Below are positions 7,510 to 16,498 of a stretch of DNA of 32,000 nt, one piece after another. Position 1 is the stretch's first letter, and every line of letters starts with the position of its first letter. Source of the stretch: Pyrodictium occultum (GTDB lineage Archaea; Thermoproteota; Thermoprotei_A; Sulfolobales; Pyrodictiaceae); the NCBI RefSeq assembly GCF_001462395.1, contig NZ_LNTB01000002.1, positions 60,001 to 92,000 on the forward strand. Direction: 5' to 3'. The position numbers and the translations under genes are program-made. Under the pieces are notes generated by a model. It had not been told where the DNA came from, searched no databases, and saw only the letters and a program-made list of their open reading frames with translations.

Positions 7510-8362
7510 AGCCTTTAGACTCGTCTACGAGGCCGTCGTCCACGGCAGGGCTGTAGAGCCTGGGGAGCTTCTAGAAGAGTGCATCGAGGCCGCCTCGAAG
7601 AACAAAGTGCTGCTAGAGTTTCTGAGGGCTGCAGGCGTGCAGGGGAGGCTGCGGGCCCTGGAGGAGGCGAGGTACAGGCTCTTCCTTGAGGCGCTGCACC
7701 TGGTCTCCAGGGCTCTTAGGGGCCTCAACTACGTGTTCTTCAAGCTGCGCAAGCCTGCGAGGTACGTGCCCTCGGATATAGACGTGCTCGTAGACCCCGG
7801 TGACGCCGCTAGAGCCCGGCGCCGCCTAGAGAGGGTAGGGTTCCGTGTCGAGGTGCTAGAGCCCTACACTATCACCATGAGGAGGGGGCGGGTGATAGTA
7901 GACCTCTACACCTACCCAACAGTGGGCGGTGTGGTCTACCTTGACGGCCCCCGCCTGCTAGAGTATAGGGAGCTGGGGGTTTTCGAGGGCCTCGAGATAC
8001 CCCTACTGGAGAGGCCTCTAGAGGCCCTAGTCGCTGCAGCCCACGCGGTGTATAAGGAGAGGCTCTACACGTTAAACGACTACGTCACCCTAGCCCGCTG
8101 GGGCTCGAGGACCATGCTCCGGCTAGCCGAGGAGCTTGGATGCAGCGACGCTGTACGGGAGGCGCTCCGCATCCACAGCATGGTGTACATGGGGGGTGTT
8201 CTCCCCTACAGGATACCGCTAGCCCGCTGGCTCCTCCTGCTCCTGCGTAAAGCCTCCAGGGACGCTGCGACGCGGGCCACCCTCCCGAACATCGCCAGGG
8301 CTTTCGAGGACCCCCGGTTCGGGGAGCTGGTGAGGTCTAAGCTGCTCCGGGAGACCTACTAG
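7499..8362 (+). CDS. Uncharacterised nucleotidyltransferase (NTP_transf_5-like)
   Basis: GTG start overlapping the upstream stop by 11 nt. The motif FKLRKPARYVPSDIDVLVDPGDAARARRRLERVGFRV resembles the DIDLLV core of the Pfam NTP_transf_5 family. Recognised by eye only. Confidence 0.45.
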   Translation: MNSEAFRLVYEAVVHGRAVEPGELLEECIEAASKNKVLLEFLRAAGVQGRLRALEEARYRLFLEALHLVSRALRGLNYVFFKLRKPARYVPSDIDVLVDPGDAARARRRLERVGFRVEVLEPYTITMRRGRVIVDLYTYPTVGGVVYLDGPRLLEYRELGVFEGLEIPLLERPLEALVAAAHAVYKERLYTLNDYVTLARWGSRTMLRLAEELGCSDAVREALRIHSMVYMGGVLPYRIPLARWLLLLLRKASRDAATRATLPNIARAFEDPRFGELVRSKLLRETY

Positions 8363-8371
8363 CATCGCATC

Positions 8372-9046
8372 CTAGGCTATCCTCCTCAGCCTCCCCTCGG
8401 AGAGCATGTACTCCCTGTCACCGCCGTAGAGCACGCCTAGCTCCGTGGTCGTTATCAGCGCGGCTGCCCCCCTCTCCCTCACATAGTCTCTCAGTAGGCT
8501 TAGCACCGTCTCCCTGGCCTCGTCGTCTAGGCTGGAGAGGGGCTCGTCTGCGACAACCAGGCGCGGCTTCTTCACGAGCGCGCGGGCTATTGCCGCCCTC
8601 TGCCTCTGGCCCCCGCTCACCTCCCCCGGATACCTCTCCTCGAGGCCTTTGAGGCCAAGCCTCTCCAGGAGCATGCTGGCCTCCCTTCTAGCCTCCTCCC
8701 TGCCCACACCCATGAGGCGGAGTGGCAGCGCCACGTTGTCGACCAGGGTTAGGCTTGGCAGGAGCCTACTATACTGGTCTACATAGCCTATATGCTTCAG
8801 CCTCAGCTTTGACCTCTCCTGGTCCCCTGCGCCCGTGACGTCACTCCCCATGAAGACTGTCCTCCCTCTAGTGGGCGCCAGGAGGAGAGCCGCTATCATT
8901 GCGAGCGTTGTCTTCCCCACACCGCTCCTCCCATGCACTACTAGGATCTCGCCCCTCTCCAGGGAGAGGTCGACCTCCCGGAGTATCGTGTCTGCTCCTC
9001 TCTCGAACCAGACACCCCTAAGCTCTAGGATCAACGCCCCCACCAT
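8372..9046 (-). CDS. ABC transporter ATP-binding protein (MacB/LolD/FtsE-like)
   Basis: Walker A HGRSGVGKTT, ABC signature VSGGQRQR, Walker B LVVADEPLSSLD. 224 aa. Confidence 0.9.
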   Translation of the reverse strand: MVGALILELRGVWFERGADTILREVDLSLERGEILVVHGRSGVGKTTLAMIAALLLAPTRGRTVFMGSDVTGAGDQERSKLRLKHIGYVDQYSRLLPSLTLVDNVALPLRLMGVGREEARREASMLLERLGLKGLEERYPGEVSGGQRQRAAIARALVKKPRLVVADEPLSSLDDEARETVLSLLRDYVRERGAAALITTTELGVLYGGDREYMLSEGRLRRIA

Positions 9047-10607
9047 AGAGGTAGGCTTGGACCCAGAAGTTATCGTATACCCTGCTGTACCCCTCCCGGC
9101 TGAAGAGGCCCCCTAACCGGTATATGCTGTGGAAGAACTTGTAGCCAATGCGGTAGTTCTCGTAGTACACTATGTAGAGCTTGCCGGGCCTGGGCGCCCC
9201 GCCTTGGAGCAGCATGGCGGGCACGTCTCTGGAGTCTACGTTCCTCTCCATCAAACCGTAGTAGTAGACCTTCGTGTCCCCCACTAGCGTTAGGTTTCTC
9301 GAGGCATAGGCGAACACAGTGTCGAAGCCCCTGGTCTCACAGAGGGGGTAGTACCAGGTATACGATACCTTATCCCTATAGCTGACTATGTTCACGGATA
9401 CCAGCAGCCCGGAGGCGAGCGAGGCGGCGGCGACAGCTGCCGCGAGAAGCCTCACCCCTCCACCTCCCCTGCCCCACAGGTAGCCCACGAGCAGGGCGAG
9501 CATGGGCACGAGGTAGTCCAGGAACCTGTGGATTATACTGGAGACCCCCGGGGAGCCGAACAGGGCGAATGCCGTGTTGAGCGCTATGAAGAGGCCCAGG
9601 GCCGCCTCCAGGGCGCCTAGCAGCCGGTCGCGGATAAACGCCACCAGGGTGAGCGCAGCCGCTATGGGCGCAGCGTAGGGGAGTATGTGGCTGCTACTCA
9701 TCCTAACCCCTATCATGGCTGCAACCGAGCCCCGGAAGGCGAGTATATAGGCCATAACCGGGATGACCGGTAGCACGGCTGCCGCAGGGCTCACCCGCCC
9801 GGCGAATACCAGGAAGCCGCCATAGATCACAGCAGCGTAGACGAGGTACAGGGCGGCATCGCGTAGACCCAGGGGGAGCTGGAGGCCGTAGCGGCCGTAG
9901 AGGGTGTAGTAGGCGGCGAAGACCAGGGCTTCAAGCGCGGCCAGGAGGAGTAGGCGGGCCCCAGCCCCGGGAGCCGCTAGCCGCAGGCCCTTCAGGCTGC
10001 AGGCGAGCAAGGCGTAGGCAAGCCCAGCGGTAAACCCGGCGGCCATGAAGCTGGCTAGGTGATGCGATACAGCCATCCCGAGGGAGAGCACCGCTGCCAG
10101 GGCGAGGCCCCTGGCCGCCAGGGGCTCCTCCAGGGCGCGGAGGGCTAGGGCTAGGAGGGCGAAAAGCATGGGGTATGCGTAGACCTCCTTGAGGGGGCTC
10201 GAGGTGAACACGAGCAGTGAGGGCGTGAAGCCGAGGACTAGCAGGGATAGAGTAGACGAGCTCCGGTCCAGGATCCTCCGGGCAAACGCGTAGAACGCCA
10301 CCATCATGCCGGCGGCGAGGGCCGCGGTGTAGAGGTACATGTACACCCCTCTAGCTGATAGCCCGAGCACGGCTGCAGAGACGGCGGCCGACAGGATGAC
10401 CCCGGGCCAGTGGTTGTTATAGCCGTCGAACAGCTTGTCTTCCCAGATACGGGCCTGAGGGTTCTCTAGGAGCACCCGGGTGTCGCGGTAGAGGGGCCAG
10501 ACGTCGGTGGAGAAGAGGCTGCCCGACATGTAGGCTGGGAGGAGGCGGGCAAGCACAGCGAGCACCAGTATGGCTGACAGCGCTAGAGCAGCTCTACGCC
10601 CGGCCAT
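9018..10607 (-). CDS. Polytopic membrane protein with a C-terminal Tyr/Trp-rich extracytoplasmic domain (possible GT-C-like enzyme; function unknown)
   Basis: 529 aa. Many hydrophobic segments run from the N-terminus to about residue 400. A hydrophilic tail follows (YRDKVSYTWYYPLCETRGF..LYIVYYENYRIGYKFF). It overlaps both neighbouring genes (14 and 29 nt). No WWDYG oligosaccharyltransferase motif seen. Confidence 0.65.
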   Translation of the reverse strand: MAGRRAALALSAILVLAVLARLLPAYMSGSLFSTDVWPLYRDTRVLLENPQARIWEDKLFDGYNNHWPGVILSAAVSAAVLGLSARGVYMYLYTAALAAGMMVAFYAFARRILDRSSSTLSLLVLGFTPSLLVFTSSPLKEVYAYPMLFALLALALRALEEPLAARGLALAAVLSLGMAVSHHLASFMAAGFTAGLAYALLACSLKGLRLAAPGAGARLLLLAALEALVFAAYYTLYGRYGLQLPLGLRDAALYLVYAAVIYGGFLVFAGRVSPAAAVLPVIPVMAYILAFRGSVAAMIGVRMSSSHILPYAAPIAAALTLVAFIRDRLLGALEAALGLFIALNTAFALFGSPGVSSIIHRFLDYLVPMLALLVGYLWGRGGGGVRLLAAAVAAASLASGLLVSVNIVSYRDKVSYTWYYPLCETRGFDTVFAYASRNLTLVGDTKVYYYGLMERNVDSRDVPAMLLQGGAPRPGKLYIVYYENYRIGYKFFHSIYRLGGLFSREGYSRVYDNFWVQAYLYGGGVDPRA

Positions 10608-11751
10608 CTGGCTTCACCATCCACACGCCTGCAGCAAGCATAGCCGCGCCCAGGGCTAGCGAGGCGGCGAGGATAGAGGCGTCGGGCACCAGGCCAACCC
10701 TGTAGTGCAGTATGCCGAGCCTTACGCCGGGGAGGATCCTCCATGCAGCCGCCGCGGCCGCCAGCCCCGCGGCCGCGTAGTGCGCTAGCGCCAGCGCTGT
10801 GATACAGGCCCTGGCGCTGCGCAGCGGCAGGCCCAGCTCGTGGAGCAGCTCTAGCTCCTCGGAGCTGCCGAGTACAAGCGACTGGCCCAGCGTGTAGAAG
10901 CCTAGGCCTAGGAGGAGGGTGACCGCCGCCTGGAGTGCCAGCAGCAGGCTCCTGCTCAGCCCCACCCTCGAGAGGAGCATGCTGGTGTACGACTCGTAGG
11001 CGCTCGCCGACACCCCTCCACCGTGGGATCTCAGGGCGAGCAGCGCCCTCCCCACCATGCTCTTCTCGGCGGCCGGGAGGCCGAGGAGCCTCACAGCCCT
11101 CTCAAACCCCTCCAGGCTATCGAGGAAGACTATGGCTATAGAGGTGCTGCCCGGGCCCAGCCCCCTTATAGCCATGGCTGTAGCGGGGTTCGTCACCAGC
11201 TCATAGCTCAGCGGGCCGCTAGCGTGGAGCACGCCCTCGACGCGCAGCGCGTAGTCCGAGCGGGTGAAGGGGGAGTAGACGACTATGACGTCCCCCCTAT
11301 GGAGCCCTAGCTCTCTGGCGAGCGCGGAGCCCGGCCACACGCAGCCGATGCAGTGGTCGTCGAAGGGCCTCCCCAGCACCTTGTAGCTGCCGGCCACTAT
11401 GACGAGGTCCTCCCCTCTAACCCCCCGGACAACTATATCCGTGCCATGGTATTCCACGAGCGCCAGTACCTCGTAGACCACCTTCTCTACCCCGGTGAGC
11501 CTGCGGAGGGTCTCCTCGAGCGCGTGCCCGTCAATCCTCGAGGTGAAGGGTGCAAGCGAGTAGGAGGAGAGGACCAGGTAGTAGGGTGTAGGGGCCCGCC
11601 TCGGCTCGGTAATGTAGTCCGGCAGGGTGTAGAGCACGTCGATAATACCCGCGTTAACCAGCACTGCCAGGATGTAGAGCGCTGTAGCCGCCGCTAAGAG
11701 CGCGTAACGCCTAGACTCTAGAACGCCCAAGACGGCCCGCGGGCACGCCAT
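10594..11751 (-). CDS. ABC transporter permease, MacB-like extracytoplasmic domain plus FtsX-type C-terminal helices
   Basis: 385 aa. One N-terminal TM, a ~220-aa soluble domain, then three C-terminal TMs containing LELLHELGLPLRSARA (an FtsX-like loop). Confidence 0.65.
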   Translation of the reverse strand: MACPRAVLGVLESRRYALLAAATALYILAVLVNAGIIDVLYTLPDYITEPRRAPTPYYLVLSSYSLAPFTSRIDGHALEETLRRLTGVEKVVYEVLALVEYHGTDIVVRGVRGEDLVIVAGSYKVLGRPFDDHCIGCVWPGSALARELGLHRGDVIVVYSPFTRSDYALRVEGVLHASGPLSYELVTNPATAMAIRGLGPGSTSIAIVFLDSLEGFERAVRLLGLPAAEKSMVGRALLALRSHGGGVSASAYESYTSMLLSRVGLSRSLLLALQAAVTLLLGLGFYTLGQSLVLGSSEELELLHELGLPLRSARACITALALAHYAAAGLAAAAAAWRILPGVRLGILHYRVGLVPDASILAASLALGAAMLAAGVWMVKPDGRA

Positions 11752-11757
11752 CCCGCG

Positions 11758-12729
11758 TCACCCGCCGCGCTGGACGGCCGCTACAGCCGCGGCCACGGCC
11801 TCTGCGGTGAAGACGCCGGCCAGGGACACGAGGCCCCCGGGGCTGGGGACCGGCTGGAGGGGGGCGGGGGCGCCGAAGAGCCTTAGAGTGTAGAGCGCCG
11901 CATGCATGGCGAAGACTCCGAGGAGCACACCGTAGGCCGACATGAGCAGCCCTAGGAGGCTGAGCGCGAGGGCGAGGGCCAGCCGGGCCTCCTGGAGGGG
12001 GACCCCCATGCTGTAGAGCGTCTCTATATCCCCCTCCAGGGACTGGACGGCCCTCCTGCACGCCATGTAGGCTATAGGCAGGTATACCGCCGCCACAAGG
12101 TAGGCTAGGATCCTGGCATACTCCGAGAGGGCCGCCTCCAGCCCCTCAAGCACCGGCTGCTGGCCGGGGACGCTGCACAGCCTATACTCCTCCCCGGCCA
12201 GGCTACTCCACGCCCCCGCCGCCAGGACTATGGACGCCGCGTAGAGGCCCCCGCCCCCGTGGATGCATGAGACCAGGTAGCTGCGGCAGCCCCCGCCCAT
12301 GCACAGCGTGAGCCTGGAGCCAGGCCTGGCCCCGAGCATGCCCGCCAGGAGGCTTCCGAGGGAGAGCGGGGCCTCCCCGGCCGCCCGGCAGCCGGTAATC
12401 CCCTGGAAGCCCCCGGCATCGACTAGGAGCACGGGGGCCTCCAGCGCCCTGCCCCCAGCCTCTACCCTCGCGAAGGCAAGGTGCACGGTGGTGCAGCCCT
12501 GCGCCCCGGCGCCCGGGGGCAGCAGTAGGAGCGAAGAGCCCTCCCACCGCGCCAGGAGGGGCTTGGCCTCCTCCAGCGCCCTGGGCACGAGGCTGTAGGC
12601 CGACGCCAGCGCCGCCGGCGTAGAGACAGCCACCAGTAGTAGGAGGAGCACATCCCTGTGCATGGCCGCGGAGAGCAGCACCCTCAGCAGCGCTGGGAGA
12701 GAGGCAGCCCTCCCCACGGCAGCCACCAC
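11758..12729 (-). CDS. Second FtsX-type ABC permease-like membrane protein
   Basis: 323 aa with the same layout: N-terminal TM, soluble domain, C-terminal helices with LEGDIETLYSMGVPLQEARL. The start is uncertain (GTG at 12729, or ATG giving MHRDVLLLLL at ~12663). Confidence 0.55.
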   Translation of the reverse strand: MVAAVGRAASLPALLRVLLSAAMHRDVLLLLLVAVSTPAALASAYSLVPRALEEAKPLLARWEGSSLLLLPPGAGAQGCTTVHLAFARVEAGGRALEAPVLLVDAGGFQGITGCRAAGEAPLSLGSLLAGMLGARPGSRLTLCMGGGCRSYLVSCIHGGGGLYAASIVLAAGAWSSLAGEEYRLCSVPGQQPVLEGLEAALSEYARILAYLVAAVYLPIAYMACRRAVQSLEGDIETLYSMGVPLQEARLALALALSLLGLLMSAYGVLLGVFAMHAALYTLRLFGAPAPLQPVPSPGGLVSLAGVFTAEAVAAAVAAVQRGG

Positions 12730-12745
12730 GCTGGCCCATCGGGGT

Positions 12746-13372
12746 TCAGCGGCTCCTCCCCCGGGCCTCGGCCTCGAGCCTCACAAGCCTATACTTCCTA
12801 TAGGCTGCCGCGGCCAGCATGGCGGCCACGTAGACGGTTGTAGCCGCCATTATCGGCTTCAGCCTTATACCCCAGGGGGTGTAGTTGAGCACCAGCCCTA
12901 TCAGCGGGATTACGGCCAGCGAGAGGCCTATGGATAGGGCGAGCCTCTCAAGGGGTGTAAGGCTCCCCTCCTCCGGGTAGAGGGCCTCCACGAGGACGTA
13001 GCCCGGTATGAAGAGCACGTAGATGCTCCCAGCCACGTAGCGTAGAGGCTTGGCTGGCGGCGCCGCCCCCGAGAGGGCCACCGAGGCATGGGTCAGCGCC
13101 ACTAGGGCGACCACGGCCCAGAGCCATAGGCTGTAGTCGAGCCTCAGAAGGTACTCCCGGAGGCTCCTGGGCGGGGAGGGGTCTATGAGCCTCATCCTCC
13201 CGCCGGCTATGTCCTGGTATAGGCTCTTCAGCACGCTGTACAGCTTCTCCCCCCTCTCCAGGCGCTCCCTCACGAGCTGCTCGAGGGTCTTCCCCTCCAA
13301 GGCCCCTCTCTCACCCTGGGCTGACCAGCTTGAGGTATAGGTGGTTCCACCTGCCCGTGTAGACCCAGCCAC
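12746..13372 (-). CDS. DUF1616-like membrane protein (corresponds to the N-terminal, membrane half of canonical DUF1616 proteins)
   Basis: LFIPGYVLVEALYPEEGSLTPLERLALSIGLSLAVIPLIGLVLNYTPWGIRLKP matches the conserved DUF1616 membrane core as I remember it. The track start at 13372 overlaps the upstream gene by 62 nt. A TTG at 13300 would give a non-overlapping start. Confidence 0.6.
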   Translation of the reverse strand: MAGSTRAGGTTYTSSWSAQGERGALEGKTLEQLVRERLERGEKLYSVLKSLYQDIAGGRMRLIDPSPPRSLREYLLRLDYSLWLWAVVALVALTHASVALSGAAPPAKPLRYVAGSIYVLFIPGYVLVEALYPEEGSLTPLERLALSIGLSLAVIPLIGLVLNYTPWGIRLKPIMAATTVYVAAMLAAAAYRKYRLVRLEAEARGRSR

Positions 13373-14255
13373 CCTTCCCCGGGTCGTAGACCCATAGCTC
13401 GAATATCAGTGCTGCTCGCTGGCCCATGAGCCCCCGGGGAGGCTCCACCGGCACCACTACCCTGAATGTCGTGTTGCCGCCGTCTCCCAGGACCCCCCTC
13501 CACTCCATTAGCGGGGGCTCCGGGGAGGGCGTGGTGTTGCTTGGGAGCGTGGAGCCGTTGCCAACCTTGTAGACCACCTTGTAGTATATCGGCTCCCCCA
13601 TGTGGTTGTCGACGAATATGCATAGGGTCAGGTTCTCCCCGGGGTAGGCCTCCGCCGGGTAGTAGCCTATCTTGCACTCCTCGTTGAGCAGGCCTAGCGC
13701 TGTGAACGGCTCTATGCTCCTCGGCCTCAGTATCATAGCCGCCGTGAAGACTGATGCAACCACTATGACCGCCATTATTACGGCGAAAACCTCCTCGTCC
13801 ATTATGAGGCTGCTCCGGCTCCTCCCAGCCGGCCTCGTGGAGACGATCCAGCCCCTCCTAGCCCGGAACCATAGGTAGAGGTAGACGCGGGGTATCAGTA
13901 TGTAGGCGGCGGGGGCCAGCGCGAGCGCGGCTGCGGCAAGACCGTAGCGGCGGACCACCATGCGGAGGTGGATGCCGCGGACTCCGGCCTTCAGGGCCTC
14001 CACAGTGCTGGCGGCGCTTGCCACCGCCGCCTCCGCGCCACTGTAGTCGCCTCGGTTGATCCTCTTCGCGGCCTCGTCGAGCAGCTGGACTATACTGGTT
14101 ACGTTCGCCCCACGGCTGTAGAGGAGTGACGCATCATGCACCAGCGCCCCTATCTTCTGGTCGAGCGCAGCCACCGCGCCACGGCTCCCGGCCGCCGGCT
14201 GGAGCAGCACAGCCGCCAGGAGGGCTATAGCCGCTGGGACCAGGGCTAGGCGCAC
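13311..14255 (-). CDS. Signal-peptide/TM protein with a DUF1616 C-terminal-type beta domain
   Basis: MRLALVPAAIALLAAVLLQPAAG looks like a signal peptide, followed by a helical segment and two TMs. Then EPFTALGLLNEECKIGYYPAEAYPGENLTLCIFVDNHMGEPIYYKVVYKV..HLYLKLV resembles the FTEFYLL..DYP..vgI.NHE..Y soluble half of DUF1616 proteins. Confidence 0.6.
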   Translation of the reverse strand: MRLALVPAAIALLAAVLLQPAAGSRGAVAALDQKIGALVHDASLLYSRGANVTSIVQLLDEAAKRINRGDYSGAEAAVASAASTVEALKAGVRGIHLRMVVRRYGLAAAALALAPAAYILIPRVYLYLWFRARRGWIVSTRPAGRSRSSLIMDEEVFAVIMAVIVVASVFTAAMILRPRSIEPFTALGLLNEECKIGYYPAEAYPGENLTLCIFVDNHMGEPIYYKVVYKVGNGSTLPSNTTPSPEPPLMEWRGVLGDGGNTTFRVVVPVEPPRGLMGQRAALIFELWVYDPGKGGWVYTGRWNHLYLKLVSPG

Positions 14256-14258
14256 CAG

Positions 14259-15545
14259 CTACACCCCGTGCCCCCGGCTGCGCCAGGGCAGGAGCTCCAC
14301 ACCCATGCGGCGGAGCTTCCTCGCCACCAGCTCGGCGCTCCTATACACCCTGTACGCCTCCTCGAGGCTCTCAGCGTCAAGCCAGGGCTTCGCAGGCATA
14401 GCCACTACTACCTCTACGCCCCTCCGCCTAAGCGCGTCCACCAGGTCTAGGGTATCGCGGACCATGTGGAGAACCATGGAGGCTATAAAGGTTCTTCCAG
14501 GCCTAGCCAGGGCATCCACAGCCTCCAGGGGCCCCGCCGGGACCACCCCCGCCCTCCCCGCCAGCCCCCTCAACGCCTGGAGAACCTCCCTGCTGGTCAG
14601 GGGCTCGGCGTACTCGTAGAGCTCCAGCCTCTCAGCGGCCTCGCTCTCCAGTATACGGTCCAGCAGGTAGGCTAGCAGGACCCTTGGGCTAGAGTGGGCT
14701 ATTATCCTGCCCCGCGAGAAGTCGTAGGCTAGTAGGGGCTGCTCCCCCTGCCTCACCGCCGCCACAGCGGCCGAGAGCGCTGCCGAGGCCACAGCGTCGC
14801 ATGTGGCGGGCCCCCTGCACCTGGTGTCGAACACCAGCGCCAGGCCGCCTGCCGGGGCCTCCCTGTAGTCCCTCACCATGAGCCTCTGCGTCCTAGCGGT
14901 GGCTTTCCAGTCGATCCTCCTGGGCAGGTCCCCGGGCACGTACTCCCTGGTCTCGTAGTACTCGCCCCCCATGCTCCTCAGGGCCCAGGGGGCTGGGAGG
15001 CCCTCGCCGGGCCAGGCGCCTAGCCCCCCTAGGCCCAGGAGGCCCAGCGCCTCGAGGACCCGGTAGAGGGTCTCGGGTAGAACCCTCAGCTCAACCCGGG
15101 CCTCCACCCCCCTCCTCAGCCTCAGGAGGCCTAGGGGAGCCTCGAACACCACCACCAGCCGCTGGAGCCTGTAGACCCCGTAGTGGGCTGGGGCGAGCCT
15201 AGCCCTCACCCTCACCCCGGCCCCGTCCACGGGCACAGTTTCCAGGACATGGAGCCAGGCTGGCAGCGACCCCTCGTCGAGGCGGGCGCGGCCCCTGCTG
15301 CAGGCGACTGCTAGCTCCACCACCGGCCTCTCCCACGGCCACAGCCTCCTCTCCACCCGGGGCCCGGCGCTGCAGGACGCCCTCCCCGGGCCCAGGGCCA
15401 GGTAGGCGAGGTCCAGGACCAGGGGGAGAGCCGCCAGCGCCAGGGCTAGGGCTAGCAGAGGGTCCCCCGTAGCCGCGTACAGCGCGGCCAGGGCGGCGGC
15501 TACCGCTGCCAGCCCCGCCCCCCGCTCGGTGAGCTCCACGCTCAA
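14259..15545 (-). CDS. DUF58 domain protein (vWA-like MoxR partner) with N-terminal TM helices
   Basis: EYYETREYVPGDLPRRIDWKATARTQRLMVRDY is the DUF58 signature. 4-nt overlap with the MoxR gene stop. Confidence 0.8.
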   Translation of the reverse strand: MSVELTERGAGLAAVAAALAALYAATGDPLLALALALAALPLVLDLAYLALGPGRASCSAGPRVERRLWPWERPVVELAVACSRGRARLDEGSLPAWLHVLETVPVDGAGVRVRARLAPAHYGVYRLQRLVVVFEAPLGLLRLRRGVEARVELRVLPETLYRVLEALGLLGLGGLGAWPGEGLPAPWALRSMGGEYYETREYVPGDLPRRIDWKATARTQRLMVRDYREAPAGGLALVFDTRCRGPATCDAVASAALSAAVAAVRQGEQPLLAYDFSRGRIIAHSSPRVLLAYLLDRILESEAAERLELYEYAEPLTSREVLQALRGLAGRAGVVPAGPLEAVDALARPGRTFIASMVLHMVRDTLDLVDALRRRGVEVVVAMPAKPWLDAESLEEAYRVYRSAELVARKLRRMGVELLPWRSRGHGV

Positions 15546-16498
15546 ATCTTCGGTACCTCTACCTCCTCGAGCACCCTAGACACTATGGCTGAGGCATCCG
15601 CCCCCTCGGCCTCCCGCTCAGGCCTAAGGACTATCCTGTGGCGCAGCGTGTAGGGTGCCAGCTGCTTCACGTGGTCGGGGATCACGTAGTCCATGCCCTC
15701 TAGGAGGGCCAGCGCCCTGCTACCCTTGTAGAGCCATATCGACGCCCTCGGGGAGGGCCCTAGGAGCACCTCCTCCCTCCTCCTCACAGCGTTTACTACA
15801 TCGACTATGTACTTCCTCACCGAGGGGGCTACGTGCACGCCGCGGGCGGCCCTCCTCAGCTCGGCCACGTCCCGGGGCTCCAGGACCTTCCCCACTCTAG
15901 CCTCGTCTATCTCGTCTATCCTCGACAGCAGCTCCACCTCCATCTTTGGGTCGGGGTAGCTCGAGGCGTAGGAGTAGGCGAAGCGGTCCCTCAGCACGGG
16001 GGTTAAGGGGTAGGTCCCCTCAGAGCCGACGGGCATCTGGGAGGCCACGACCATGAAGGGCTCCGGCAGCCTGAGCGTCTCGCCCTCGATCGTCACCTGC
16101 CCCTCCTGCATCGCCTCCAGCAGCGCGCTCTGCGTCCTTGGGGGTGCCCGGCTGAGCTCGTCGATGAACAGGACGTTTGCGAAGATGGGGCCCTTCCGGA
16201 GCACCCACTCTCCTCTCCGGAGGTCGTAGAAGTAGGTGCCAAGTATGTCCGATGGCAGGAGGTCGGGCGTCATCTGGACTCTTCTAAACACGCCCCCTAT
16301 CACCTGGGCGAAGAGCTTTGCCGTCGTCGTCTTCCCGACCCCTGGAGGCCCCTCTATCAGCACGTGGCCCCCGCTGACCAGGGCGACCGCCAGGAGCCTA
16401 AGGAGGTCCTCGTAGCCCAGTATGTACCTCCTAAGCTCCTCGATGGCCTCGGCCAGCTTCGCGGCCGCGCTGGGCTGCATGACGCATCTCCTCTGCAA
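15542..16498 (-). CDS. MoxR-family AAA+ ATPase
   Basis: Walker A LIEGPPGVGKTT. Walker B and downstream region VLFIDELSRAPPRTQSALLEAMQEGQVTIEG. Size is ~318 aa. The start may be the internal MQPSAAAK. Confidence 0.9.
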   Translation of the reverse strand: MQRRCVMQPSAAAKLAEAIEELRRYILGYEDLLRLLAVALVSGGHVLIEGPPGVGKTTTAKLFAQVIGGVFRRVQMTPDLLPSDILGTYFYDLRRGEWVLRKGPIFANVLFIDELSRAPPRTQSALLEAMQEGQVTIEGETLRLPEPFMVVASQMPVGSEGTYPLTPVLRDRFAYSYASSYPDPKMEVELLSRIDEIDEARVGKVLEPRDVAELRRAARGVHVAPSVRKYIVDVVNAVRRREEVLLGPSPRASIWLYKGSRALALLEGMDYVIPDHVKQLAPYTLRHRIVLRPEREAEGADASAIVSRVLEEVEVPKI

